From assembly GCA_965242865.1 (NCBI GenBank), contig CBDETK010000013.1, forward strand, positions 4,576,001 to 4,640,000: a stretch of 64,000 bases of DNA, read 5' to 3'. Numbering within the stretch: the first letter of the stretch is position 1; every line of letters starts with the position of its first letter. The DNA is from Candidatus Latescibacterota bacterium (lineage in GTDB: Bacteria; Latescibacterota; UBA2968; UBA8231). Positions 40,637 through 50,393 of this stretch are shown piece by piece. The position numbers and the translations under genes are program-made. Under the pieces are notes generated by a model. It saw only the letters and a program-made list of their open reading frames with translations, had not been told where the DNA came from and ran no database searches.

Positions 40637-40691
40637 CCGGATTTCCGCCCCGTGTCGGAGCACGGGGTGACGTCCGTGCGCGGGAATGACG
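40637..40691. repeat. Second, extended REP-like element
   Basis: CCGGATTTCCGC-CCCGTGTCGGAGCACGGGG-TGACGTCCGT-GCGCGGGAATGACG: same ends as the first copy, with an inner hairpin. Confidence 0.7.
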
Positions 40692-40742
40692 TTTTATAAG
40701 CAAAAAAGACGGCGTTGATGAACATTTCATGCCTTCAAGTCA

Positions 40743-42233
40743 TTAGGGACTCGGCAGCTCGGCGAGGCGTTCGCGGGCTTGGCGCAGGAAGTCTGGGTCG
40801 CCTTGCCACTGGTCGATAAAGGCTTGGTAGCAACGGCGGGCCTGATCAATCGAGCCTTGGGCTTGGTACACGGTGGCCAGCGCGTAATAGGTCCGCGCAA
40901 AGGTCGAATCGGCTGCCAGTGCCGCCCGATAGGCGCGTTGCGCTTGGGCTAGCTGCCCCTTTTGCAGGAAGAGGCCGCCGAGATTGTAGTGGGCATCGGC
41001 TAGGGTTGAATCGGCGGCAATGGCCGCTTCCAGTGCCCGTTGGCCGGCTGCTTCTTCGCCCAAGCGCAGCCGGACGTGGCCGAGGTTGTTCCAAGCGGTA
41101 GCCGAGGAAGAATCCAAGGCTAGCGCGTACTCGAAGGAAGTGCGAGCGTTCTCGTATTGGTTGCGCTGCATATAGACGTACCCCGCGGCAAAGTGGAGCT
41201 TGCTGGTGCGTACATCCGCGGGATGCTGGGCGATGCCCCGGCCGCATAGTTCGAGCACTTCTTGGTGCTGTCCTCGCGCCAACAAAAGCCCGCTAAGCGG
41301 AATTAGGACCGCTAAGTGGGCCGGGTCGGCCAGCAGGGCGGCCCGATAGTGGGTGAGGGCGTCGTCGTCGCGCCCCAGTTGCCGATAGTGATGGGCCAGT
41401 TGCAAGCGAGTATCGCGGTCGTTGGGGTCGGCGTCGAGCTGGCGGCGCAGATAGGCGACTTGGGCCGCGTGTGCGGCGAGGGCTTCAAAACGCGCGAGGG
41501 CTGTCTGCGCTTGGGTTGGCTGCCCCAGCCCCAAAAACGCCGAAGAAAGGTTGTAGTGGGTCTCGATTCGGTGTGGGTCGAGGGCGAGGGTGCGGCGAAA
41601 GGCGGCCAATGCTGCTGGATAACGCCGCTCCGCTAGGTGCAGCAGCCCCAGCAGCCGGTGGCTTTCGGCTTGGGTCGAGTCTTGGCCGAGGGCACGGTTG
41701 AGGGCGGCCCGGGCCTCGTCGTAGCGGCCTTGGCGCAAGTAGAGCCGGCCGAGTTGTTGCCGCACGTCAATGCTTTCCCCGCCGGCCGCTAGGGCGGCGT
41801 GCAAACCTTGTTCGGCTAGGTCGTAGCGTCCCTGCTTGGCGTAGAAGAGAGGCAGGGTGCGGAGGGCGGGGATATAGGTCGGAATGTGTTCGAGCAGCTC
41901 AATGGCCAAGGGCAGGTGGCCCCGGTCGGCTTCGAGCACGGCTAAGTTATGCCGAGCGCGATGGTGCGTAGAGTCGGCCGCGAGCGTAGCTTCGTAGGCC
42001 CGGGCCGCTCTCTCCACGTGCCCGAGCCGAGCGTCGAGATCGCCCAATGCACAGTGCGCTGCCGCGTCGAGCGAGTCTAAGGCTAGGGCCCTTTCAAAGG
42101 CGCGCCGGGCCTCGGCATAGCGGTGTTCTGCAGCCAAGGCGCGCCCGGCCCGCACGTAGTGCTCCCCCTCTTCTTCCGGCCCGCACCCACTCAAGGTCGC
42201 CCATAGTGCGGCGAGCGGGACAGCCCAACTCAT
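40743..42233 (-). CDS. TPR-repeat lipoprotein
   Basis: Lipobox LSGC; many TPR units. Confidence 0.85.
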   Translation of the reverse strand: MSWAVPLAALWATLSGCGPEEEGEHYVRAGRALAAEHRYAEARRAFERALALDSLDAAAHCALGDLDARLGHVERAARAYEATLAADSTHHRARHNLAVLEADRGHLPLAIELLEHIPTYIPALRTLPLFYAKQGRYDLAEQGLHAALAAGGESIDVRQQLGRLYLRQGRYDEARAALNRALGQDSTQAESHRLLGLLHLAERRYPAALAAFRRTLALDPHRIETHYNLSSAFLGLGQPTQAQTALARFEALAAHAAQVAYLRRQLDADPNDRDTRLQLAHHYRQLGRDDDALTHYRAALLADPAHLAVLIPLSGLLLARGQHQEVLELCGRGIAQHPADVRTSKLHFAAGYVYMQRNQYENARTSFEYALALDSSSATAWNNLGHVRLRLGEEAAGQRALEAAIAADSTLADAHYNLGGLFLQKGQLAQAQRAYRAALAADSTFARTYYALATVYQAQGSIDQARRCYQAFIDQWQGDPDFLRQARERLAELPSP

Positions 42234-43549
42234 CGCGGTGTGCGCTCTGCGGATAGCTGCTGGCGGGCGTCCGCGATCTTGGCTTGTAACGCCTCATTGG
42301 CCGCCCCACCGGACGGAATGGCCTCCCAAAGCGCGATGGCCCGGGCGAATTCGCCGCGGCGGGCGTGAATGTCCCCGAGCAGGATGTGCGCACTGTAGAG
42401 CTTGGCGTCCAGCGCGATGGCGCGCTCGACAGCCGCTTGGGCCTGGTCCAGTTGCTCCATTTCGAGGTACGCATTGCCGAGATTGGAGTAGTAAAAACCC
42501 GTAGCTGGGGCGAACCGAATGGCCTGCTCGTATCGTTGGAGGGCCTTTGCGAGGGCGCCCTGCTTGTGAAAGATCAAGCCGAGGTTGTTGTGGCTTTCGG
42601 CCAAGGTCGAGTCGTGACTCAGTGCTCTGAGGTAATAGTGCGCCGCCAAATCGTCCTTGCCCCGGCGCTGGAGCAGGGTGCCCAACCCTTGATACCCCAA
42701 GCCATACGTCGAGTCGATGAGGATGGACTGGCGATAGTGTTCAACGGCCAGTTTGAGACGCCCAAAGCGGCTGTACGCCGCGGCGAGATTGGAGTGGGCT
42801 TGGGGTTGGTCTGGGTACTGGCGTAGCGCGTCTTGGTGGGGCTTGAGTTGGGCGTTTTGTTCGTCCAAGACGCGCGCCCGCTCGAGGACGCGCTGCCCTT
42901 CGGCGGTGCGTCCCAAGCGCAACAGAGCCTGCCCGATCCCCAAAAACGCGGCCGGCTCGTGGGGACTAAGGCGGGCGACTTGGCGCAGTTCGCGCTCGGC
43001 TTCTTGATAATTGCCTAGCTTTAGATCCACGAGGCCGAGCTGGAGTCGGGCTTGGAGGTGGGTGGAGTCGGCCACGGCAATGGCGGCGAAAATTTCGCGG
43101 GCCTCTTGTAGCTGGCCTTCGCGCTGGTGGATCGCGCCGAGGATGTACCGCGCTTCGACCGCACTCGGCGCCAGTTCTAGGGCCTCGGTGAGGAGCTGGC
43201 GCGCTTGTTCTACTTTCCCGTGGACATCGTAGAGCATTTTGCCCAAGGCAATGCGCGGACCAGCGTAGTCGGGTTTTAATTCGAGTGCTTTTTCAAACTG
43301 GGTGCGCGCCTCGGCAAACCGGCTTTGGGCATGCAATGCAACGCCGAGATAGTAGTGGTATTGGGGGTTGGTCGGGGCTTGTTGCAGGGCGCGGCGATAG
43401 GCTTGCTCGGCTTGGGTGAACAAGCCACGCGCTTGGAGGGCGCGGCCGGTGGCAAAGGTCTGCGCCGCTGGGTCGGCGGGCGCGGGGGGATCGGGTGTTT
43501 CGCGGGTACAGGCGATGCAGGTTAAGAAAAAAAGCAGGGCAAAGCGCAT
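42230..43549 (-). CDS. TPR-repeat lipoprotein
   Basis: Start MRFALLFFLTCIAC; TPR units. Confidence 0.85.
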   Translation of the reverse strand: MRFALLFFLTCIACTRETPDPPAPADPAAQTFATGRALQARGLFTQAEQAYRRALQQAPTNPQYHYYLGVALHAQSRFAEARTQFEKALELKPDYAGPRIALGKMLYDVHGKVEQARQLLTEALELAPSAVEARYILGAIHQREGQLQEAREIFAAIAVADSTHLQARLQLGLVDLKLGNYQEAERELRQVARLSPHEPAAFLGIGQALLRLGRTAEGQRVLERARVLDEQNAQLKPHQDALRQYPDQPQAHSNLAAAYSRFGRLKLAVEHYRQSILIDSTYGLGYQGLGTLLQRRGKDDLAAHYYLRALSHDSTLAESHNNLGLIFHKQGALAKALQRYEQAIRFAPATGFYYSNLGNAYLEMEQLDQAQAAVERAIALDAKLYSAHILLGDIHARRGEFARAIALWEAIPSGGAANEALQAKIADARQQLSAERTPR

Positions 43550-43553
43550 GGTT

Positions 43554-45185
43554 CTACTCCGGCATGAGGCGATGGACGCCCCGGTGAATGACGTAGTGGC
43601 GGTCGGCAGGCACGGCGCGAAAGGCTTGGCGGTCGCCGCTCGGCCACGTGATTTCGATGTCGGCCGCGGTGGCTCGTCCCAAGCCAAAGTGCAAGCGCGT
43701 ATCGCTCTGGGCTTGAAAGCTAGAGCCGGTCAGCACTTCGCGCATCTGGTCTTGGCCGCCGGCATGGACCCGCACGTGCGCCCCGATGGCCTCGGTGGCT
43801 CCTTGGCGTAGCGTCAACAGCAGATAGTGGCCTTTGTGCGCGACGTCGTTGCGCAAGAGGGTGGGGGCGTCGTCGAGATTGGCGATTAAGAGGTCGAGGT
43901 CGCCATCGCCGTCGTAATCGCCGCTGGCCGCGCCGCGGCTGACCCGCTCGGCTGCGAGCGCCGGCGCGTTGGCGATTTCGCGAAAGCGTCCGTCGCCCAA
44001 GTTGCGGTAGAGTTGGTTGCGCTGGCGGTAGCGGAGCCCGCCGCCGGCGCGTTCAATGGCCGGCATTAGGTGGCCGTTGGCGATGAAGAGGTCCTGCCAG
44101 CCGTCGTGGTCGTAGTCGAAGAAGAGGGTGCCCCAGCCCATAAAGGGACGGCTGCTGCCGGCTAGCCCAGCGCGCCCACTGACGTCGGCGAAAAACCCAT
44201 GGCCCTCGTTGCGGTAGAGGGTGTTGTGGTCTTGGGAGAAGTTGGTCACGAAAATGTCCGTCTGTAAGTCGTTGTCGAAGTCGGCGAGGGCGACGCCCAT
44301 GCCGGCTTGGGCCCGGCCGTCGCCGCTGTACGCGGTGCCGGTTGCCAGCGCGATGTTGACGAAGCGACCTCGGTCGTTGCGATAAAGGCTGTTGGGATGC
44401 CCGTCGTTGGCCACGTAGAGATCGGGGTCGCCGTCGCTGTCCAAGTCGGACCAAGCCACGCCCATACCGTAGTAATGCGGCCCGCGAAGGCCCGCTTGTC
44501 GGCTGGCGTCGATAAAGGTGCCATCGCCTTCGTTGCGGTAGAGCAAGTCCGGCTGGGCTTGGGCGCCGCTCGGACCGCAGGCGGCGAGGACGCCGTTGTG
44601 CTTGCACCAACGGTCGTAAAAAGGCGGCCCCCCGCGTTCATACGTTATGTAGTTGGCGACGTAGAGGTCGAGATCGCCGTCGCGGTCGTAGTCGGCAAAG
44701 GCCGAGCCGATTCCCCAGCCTTCCGACCCGAGGCCGGCTGCGGTCGTGACGTCTTTGAAGGGCGCGTCGGTCTCGTTGGCCAAAAGCGCGTCCCGGCCCC
44801 AACGAGTGAGGTAGAGGTCGGGGTCGCCATCGCCATCGTAGTCGGCAAAGGCCACGCCCATATTCCAGCCGCCCAACCCCGTGCCCGAGCCGGCGGTCGC
44901 CTCGCTAAACGCGCCGCGACCGATCCCGCGATAGAGCGCGGTGCCGGTCGTCGAGTCCGGGCGGACGCCGCTGGTGAGAAAGATGTCGAGCTGGCCGTCG
45001 CCGTCGTAGTCCCAAAAGCCGCCGCCAGCCGATTGGGTTTCGATGATGTACTGCTTGGCGGCCCCGCCAGACTCATTGATAAAGGCGATACCGGCGGCTT
45101 GGGTCACATCGGTAAAGAGCGGCCCCGCGCTGGAGACGGGCCACGCGCAGGCGAGGAACAAAAGAGCTTGGAGGTAGCCGGACAA
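43554..45185 (-). CDS. CRTAC1/ASPIC-UnbV family FG-GAP repeat protein (start uncertain)
   Basis: FTDVTQAAGI, DYDGDGD repeats, SRGAASGD, LHFGLG; TTG start at 45185 assumed. Confidence 0.85.
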   Translation of the reverse strand: MSGYLQALLFLACAWPVSSAGPLFTDVTQAAGIAFINESGGAAKQYIIETQSAGGGFWDYDGDGQLDIFLTSGVRPDSTTGTALYRGIGRGAFSEATAGSGTGLGGWNMGVAFADYDGDGDPDLYLTRWGRDALLANETDAPFKDVTTAAGLGSEGWGIGSAFADYDRDGDLDLYVANYITYERGGPPFYDRWCKHNGVLAACGPSGAQAQPDLLYRNEGDGTFIDASRQAGLRGPHYYGMGVAWSDLDSDGDPDLYVANDGHPNSLYRNDRGRFVNIALATGTAYSGDGRAQAGMGVALADFDNDLQTDIFVTNFSQDHNTLYRNEGHGFFADVSGRAGLAGSSRPFMGWGTLFFDYDHDGWQDLFIANGHLMPAIERAGGGLRYRQRNQLYRNLGDGRFREIANAPALAAERVSRGAASGDYDGDGDLDLLIANLDDAPTLLRNDVAHKGHYLLLTLRQGATEAIGAHVRVHAGGQDQMREVLTGSSFQAQSDTRLHFGLGRATAADIEITWPSGDRQAFRAVPADRHYVIHRGVHRLMPE

Positions 45186-45189
45186 GGTG

Positions 45190-47286
45190 TTATGGCGAGT
45201 TGAGCCGGCGATAGGCTTCGTCGAGCAGCCGCTGTGCGTGAGGGGAAGGGCCGTGCGCCAGTACTCGGCGCAGCCGGGCAATGGCGGCCGCGTGGTCCCC
45301 AGTTTCGAGTTCGATGAGCGCGAGATTGACGTGGACTTCTGGGTTGTCTGGTGCCAACTCTAGTGCTTGAAGAAAATGCGTCCGCGCCACTTGGGTGCGC
45401 CCGGCGAGCAGATGCAAGGCCCCGATGGCGTTTAGGGCCTCGGGCCTCCTTTCGAGCGCGAGGGATTGGTGGTACTGCCCGAGTGCCGCCTCGGCTCGCC
45501 CGGCCTGCTGTAAGGCCCGCCCCAGTTCGTAGTGTAGCCAGAAGTCCTGTGGCTGCCAAGCAACGGCCCGCTGCAAGTGGGTCGCGGCCGCGGCGTGATG
45601 CCCTTGGCGGTAGAGCAAGCGGCCGTAGTAGTAATGGGCCGGGCCGGACTCTGGAGCCCGCTCGAGCGCACGACGCAGATGCGCGGCAGCCTGCGGCAAC
45701 TTATGGGTCGCTAGGTAAATCCGCCCTAGGAGGATATGAGTGTCGGCGCGCCGGGGATTTTCTGCGAGGGTCTGTAGGGCCTCGCGCTCGCTTGCTCCAT
45801 AGCGTTCTTGATGAAAATACGCCACGGCTAGATTGTGGCGAGCGTAGTTGTACGCCGGGTCCAGTTCCAATGCCCGACGCGAGTAGCGCGCAGACCGGAC
45901 ATAGTCTCGCTGGCGCAGATGCACCTCCCCGAGGTCGAAGTAGAGCTGGGCGTCCTCGGTCGTTGGCGCGGCTTCGGCGAGGTTGCACAGCACCAATAGA
46001 CCGCCGAGGGGCAGGGCCAGTGCTGAGGTGCGGAGATAGGCTTTGCGGCGCAGGCCTAGGTAAAACTGAAAGGCGGCAAAAGCAGCAAAGGCGATCAGCA
46101 CCGGCACGACTGGCATGCGGTAGCGGGCCGCCGGAAAGAAGAGCACGACCGAGGCCGTGTACGCAAGAGCGTAGAGCCGCAGCAAGGCCATCGGCGGCGT
46201 CCACTCCCTCCTCATGCTCAACCCCAAGCCGAGCAAACTCAGCGGCCCGATTAGGCCGAAGGGCATGGACAGGTGCCAATCCCAGAGCAAGAGACTCAAG
46301 ACCCACGAGTGTTGGCGGGCGTAGTATATATCTTGGTTGCGCTTGGTCTCTGGGCCGCTCCAAAAGTGACCCCCCTTTTTGCAGAGCAGCCCAAGATAAT
46401 TGAGGGGTTGCGCGGTTATGTAATCAAGGGCCTTGCCAAAAAAAAAGGCCGATTGGCCGGCCGCCGTCTCATGCCCCGAATGCGCCGCTTCGGCGATCAT
46501 GGCCTCCCACGGCATACCCGGACGCAGCGAGACCGTGCGCTCGTACTCGGCGTTGTTGCCGATGTAGAAGTTGACGCCGGCATTGGAGGAAATGAGGACG
46601 AGGTCCGGTTCAATGGTCCAGTTGCGATAGGTGATGGGCAAAACGACTAGGGCTATGGGCAAGGCTAACAAGACTAGGGAACGATAGGCCGATACGCGCC
46701 GGTGCCACAGTGCCCAAGCGCAAAAGGCCGCGATAAAGAGCAAGATATTGGGGCGAGTCAGGGCCGCAAGGCCGGCGACGAGGCCGGCTAGCACCCAGTC
46801 GTGCCCGCGATCTCGCTGCCACGCCCGCAATAGGCCGGACAGGAGCAGGAGATTGAGGAATACTTCCACTGGTACGGCCAATAGCTCGCCCTCAAAGTAA
46901 AGCAGGGAGCCGCACAAGGCCGCTGTGACGCCGGCGATGCGGCCGACCTGTTCGCCAAAGGCGCGCCGGGCCAACGCATAGACCAAGAGGCAGGAAAGAA
47001 CGCCGAGGCCGGCGTGCATGAGCCGGATGCCGACGAAGTACGAGGCCGGCAGGAGCCAGCAAACGAAGGCCAGCAGATAGATGTAGAGGGGCGGCTGCCA
47101 ATACGGTTCGTCGCCTCCCCAGAATGGGCCGCTGGCAAGGGCTTGTGCTTGGTTGAGAAAGGTCTGGGCGTCAACTATGGGCGCGTCGAAGAAGGGGCTG
47201 GCGCGGTGTTCCCATAAATAGCCCAACCGCAGCGCGAGGGCGACGAGCAGGAGTGCGCCGCAAAAGAAGCGGGTGTTGTAGGCCAT
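45190..47286 (-). CDS. GT39/PMT-like glycosyltransferase fused to TPR repeats
   Basis: IVDAQTF, WQPPLY, TRPN, RNW, NFYIGNN, ARYRMP; C-terminal TPRs. Confidence 0.85.
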   Translation of the reverse strand: MAYNTRFFCGALLLVALALRLGYLWEHRASPFFDAPIVDAQTFLNQAQALASGPFWGGDEPYWQPPLYIYLLAFVCWLLPASYFVGIRLMHAGLGVLSCLLVYALARRAFGEQVGRIAGVTAALCGSLLYFEGELLAVPVEVFLNLLLLSGLLRAWQRDRGHDWVLAGLVAGLAALTRPNILLFIAAFCAWALWHRRVSAYRSLVLLALPIALVVLPITYRNWTIEPDLVLISSNAGVNFYIGNNAEYERTVSLRPGMPWEAMIAEAAHSGHETAAGQSAFFFGKALDYITAQPLNYLGLLCKKGGHFWSGPETKRNQDIYYARQHSWVLSLLLWDWHLSMPFGLIGPLSLLGLGLSMRREWTPPMALLRLYALAYTASVVLFFPAARYRMPVVPVLIAFAAFAAFQFYLGLRRKAYLRTSALALPLGGLLVLCNLAEAAPTTEDAQLYFDLGEVHLRQRDYVRSARYSRRALELDPAYNYARHNLAVAYFHQERYGASEREALQTLAENPRRADTHILLGRIYLATHKLPQAAAHLRRALERAPESGPAHYYYGRLLYRQGHHAAAATHLQRAVAWQPQDFWLHYELGRALQQAGRAEAALGQYHQSLALERRPEALNAIGALHLLAGRTQVARTHFLQALELAPDNPEVHVNLALIELETGDHAAAIARLRRVLAHGPSPHAQRLLDEAYRRLNSP

Positions 47287-47340
47287 GGCGTTAGGACGAC
47301 GACCCCTGCACGGCCCCCTCTCGCTTGGCGGCCCGTGCGG

Positions 47341-49995
47341 TCAATAGACCAGCGAGAGGGTACCCGTATAGGCCGTGGAGGTCGCGTCCGAATCTGCGAC
47401 GAGCCGGTAGAGATAGATCCCCGGCGGTGCGAGTTGGCCGTGGCTTGCGCGGCCATCCCACTTAATTTGGACGTTGCTCGCGGGCGAGCCGCCGGTGTGT
47501 ATCTCGGCGATGGAGCGGCCGGACAGGTCGTAGATGGTGACGTGAACGTTAACCGGCTCTAAGAGGCGGACGAGATCAAAGGAAAAGATCGCCTCGTCGT
47601 TGATGCCATCGCCGTTGGGGGTAAAGGGGTTGGGAATGATACGGGGCGCCTCGATGAGCTGATTGATCTCGTCGGCGACCACGAGGCGGGCGTTGGTGGC
47701 TATGTCCGGGGTGGCGTCTCCATCTTCGGTCGGCTGGGGGATAAATTCGACGTCGTGGCCGCTCTGGTCGTTCCACACCGTGCTGACGAACTCTTCTGAG
47801 CCGCGGAAGAGCTTGGAACGAAAGACGATTTCGATGTTTTCCCCGAGTTGGAAATGCTCCGCGCCCATTGTGGGCAGCTTGATGTGTAGCTTGGACGAGC
47901 CGGTGAGCGGGTCGGAAATTAGGCTCTGAGCGAATTGCCCGAGGCTGTCGGAGCGGCCCGCGGCTGGAGCGAGGCGGCTGGGACGAACATCGCGCAGCGG
48001 ATCGGCGGCCGTGCCAGCCGCGATTTCGACCCAATCTTGGCCGTCAAAGCGCAAGGTGTCGATGCGCGTGTCGGCACTGGGCACGGCGATCTCGATGCGG
48101 TTGAAGGAGGTGGCCTCGCCCGTTTTGAAGAATGGCCGGACAAAGTAGCGGAAAGCAGTCTCCTCGCCCAAGGTGACGTACGGGGGAAAAATTTCGGCGA
48201 CGATCCCGCCCGAGACCAGCGGCGCGTCGTAGTCGAACTCGATGAAGTCCAACCGGGCCGCGCTGTGCTGGGCGGAATCAAAGAAGATGCGGAACTGGAT
48301 GTAGCGAGTGCCGCCGGGCAGAGGCAGCTGGACGCCGGCGTTTTGCCACTCGGATTCGGGCAAGCTCTCGTCGATAAGCCCGTCTTCGAGCTTGAACGGT
48401 GCCGACCAGAAGCTCCAGCCCAAGAGGCCGTCGTCGCCTAGGTCAACCCCTAGCTCGTTGTACTGAAGCTCGTGTTCGGGGACGCGGCCTTCGGGGAGCT
48501 TGATCCAAGAAAATAGGTCGAGGGGTACGCCGTTTTCGTCTTGGGTGTCGGAGAGGCCCGGGCCTAAGCGGCGGGCGTATATGTGGGTGTCGAGGGTGTT
48601 GCCAACGCGGAACTGGATGCGGACATCGCTGTCGCGGCTGTCCCGACGCCCGCGCCAACGGACCTTGCCCCAGTTGACTTGGCCGCCGGCCACATCAAAG
48701 GGAAACTGGCTTTCATACCCAGCGCGATCCGAGCCGGCGAACTGCTCAATCTCTCGGTCGTAGCGACGAATGCGCGGGGTGGGTGTGCCCACGTCAATGA
48801 TCGCCGAGGTGTACCGTGCGTCGATGGCGTAGCCGTCGCCGAAATAGCTAGCTTCGGCGGTCTCCACGTAGGTGCCTTTGGGATCAATCGAGACTATGTC
48901 GAGGCGGCCGGCGACAAAGGGCAGTCCGAATCGGATATCCTTGACTACCGGATTGAACTGGCCGTTGATGACAGGGACTAATGTTTTGCTCGCTTGGATA
49001 GTTTCGGAGCGGCTGTCGATGGTGGTGGGGTCTCCATAGCGGATGAAGTAGTTGGCAATAGTGGTGGCGGGCAAGGTCGGCCGTGGACGGAAGACAATGC
49101 GATTGAGATAGTAGTAGCCCATCAGGTTGATGCCGACTCCGCCGCGGCCGTAAAGGGCGGAGCCGTATTCGGTACGCAGGTTGCCGTCAACCGACTTTTC
49201 TGCATCGACTCGACCGATTACCTGCGCGGTCGACCAGTAGTCTGCCGAAATCGGGTCAGCTATTTCACGGCGGAAGCCGTATTCGCTCGGCACCACCATA
49301 AAGGGGCGCTGAGGAGTCTTACCGGGGATGATGCCGCCGAACTCGCCGATCTTGAAGCGCTGGTTGAGCAGGTAGGCGAGGTTTCGCAGGCTGTCCAAAT
49401 GCACCGGCCTAATCCAAGAGGTAACTCCCCCACCGTGTTCGGGCAGTGGCGGGTCTTCATCGATCAGCCCGTCGTTGTCGTCGTCGAGAGCATTGACCGG
49501 ATCTTCGTTGAGCAGTCCGTCCCAGTCGTCGTCAAAAGGAGAATACAACCCGTCCTCATTGAGCAGCCCATCGCCGTCATTATCGAACTGAGGATCCGGC
49601 CCATCCTCGTCGATGCGCCCGTCGAGGTCGTTGTCGAAAAATTCCGGGGGGTCTTCGTCGATGAGGCCGTCGCCATCGTCGTCGCGCCCGTTGGCTGGGT
49701 CTTCGTTGATCTGGCCGTCGTCGTCATTGTCAACTTGTGGGTCTATGGGGTCTTCGTTGATCTGGCCGTCGTCATCGTTGTCGACTAGCTCGACCGGGTC
49801 TTCGTCGATGCGCCCGTCGCCATCGTCGTCGGCGATCAACTCGACAGCCCAGCTACGGCCCAAGTCGAGACGACCTGTGACCGGCCGCAGGGTCCAAGGA
49901 TGCACATCGTCGCCGATGCGCCACCGCTTGATTTCGGCGTAGCCGTTGCTGAGTATAGACGCGACGCCGAGTGCCGCTACCAACAACCTGATCAT
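47341..49995 (-). CDS. Large exported protein with 8 Asp-rich repeats and FlgD-Ig/CHU_C-like tail
   Basis: Signal peptide, GGAGG RBS; PNPFTPNGDGIND...WDGR...PPGIY...LVY. Confidence 0.85.
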   Translation of the reverse strand: MIRLLVAALGVASILSNGYAEIKRWRIGDDVHPWTLRPVTGRLDLGRSWAVELIADDDGDGRIDEDPVELVDNDDDGQINEDPIDPQVDNDDDGQINEDPANGRDDDGDGLIDEDPPEFFDNDLDGRIDEDGPDPQFDNDGDGLLNEDGLYSPFDDDWDGLLNEDPVNALDDDNDGLIDEDPPLPEHGGGVTSWIRPVHLDSLRNLAYLLNQRFKIGEFGGIIPGKTPQRPFMVVPSEYGFRREIADPISADYWSTAQVIGRVDAEKSVDGNLRTEYGSALYGRGGVGINLMGYYYLNRIVFRPRPTLPATTIANYFIRYGDPTTIDSRSETIQASKTLVPVINGQFNPVVKDIRFGLPFVAGRLDIVSIDPKGTYVETAEASYFGDGYAIDARYTSAIIDVGTPTPRIRRYDREIEQFAGSDRAGYESQFPFDVAGGQVNWGKVRWRGRRDSRDSDVRIQFRVGNTLDTHIYARRLGPGLSDTQDENGVPLDLFSWIKLPEGRVPEHELQYNELGVDLGDDGLLGWSFWSAPFKLEDGLIDESLPESEWQNAGVQLPLPGGTRYIQFRIFFDSAQHSAARLDFIEFDYDAPLVSGGIVAEIFPPYVTLGEETAFRYFVRPFFKTGEATSFNRIEIAVPSADTRIDTLRFDGQDWVEIAAGTAADPLRDVRPSRLAPAAGRSDSLGQFAQSLISDPLTGSSKLHIKLPTMGAEHFQLGENIEIVFRSKLFRGSEEFVSTVWNDQSGHDVEFIPQPTEDGDATPDIATNARLVVADEINQLIEAPRIIPNPFTPNGDGINDEAIFSFDLVRLLEPVNVHVTIYDLSGRSIAEIHTGGSPASNVQIKWDGRASHGQLAPPGIYLYRLVADSDATSTAYTGTLSLVY
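49451..49830 (-). repeat. Coding tandem repeat D-x-D-x-D-G-x-x-[DN]-E-D, 8 copies
   Basis: DDDGDGRIDEDP, DNDDDGQINEDP x2, DDDGDGLIDEDP, DNDLDGRIDEDG, DNDGDGLLNEDG, DDDWDGLLNEDP, DDDNDGLIDEDP. Confidence 0.85.
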
Positions 49996-50349
49996 CGAAC
50001 ACCTCCGCGCAAGAATGTGAGCCCTTGGCTGCCTGCGACGAGGAGAACAAGGACGCCGACGGGGCTACAGACTCCAAAACTTAGTCCGCACCGGCCGGGT
50101 TAATCACGCATTTCGTTTGCTATTCTATTATATAGTATATTGGTGAACATCTCAAGATAGTCGGATCGGGCCGCTGATCCTAGAAAAGAGGAGCCTTTGT
50201 CGTCAATCGCTTAGATAATTAGTGGAGTTGAGGCGCAGATGAAGGGACTTGCAGCGACTTACGCGGGGGTTGAATAGACCTAACTTATTGTTATTCATTG
50301 ACTTTATTCGTTATAGGCTCGTTGTTTCCACCGCTATCTTTAATATATC

Positions 50350-50378
50350 TTGACACGTCTTAGGCCATTGATTATCAT
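50350..50378 (+). promoter_or_regulatory. Near-consensus sigma70 promoter for the 50394-58935 operon
   Basis: TTGACA-17 nt-TATCAT in an AT-rich divergent intergenic region. Confidence 0.75.
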
Positions 50379-50393
50379 ACAACCCGATAATAA

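Noticed and set aside
38861-40663. 600-aa alternative-frame ORF (and many other Arg/Pro-rich shadow ORFs)
   Set aside because: Overlaps the clear CRTAC1 gene; low-complexity artefact of high-GC codon usage.
49451-49830. CRISPR-like regularly spaced repeats
   Set aside because: Degenerate in-frame protein repeats with short spacers and no cas genes.
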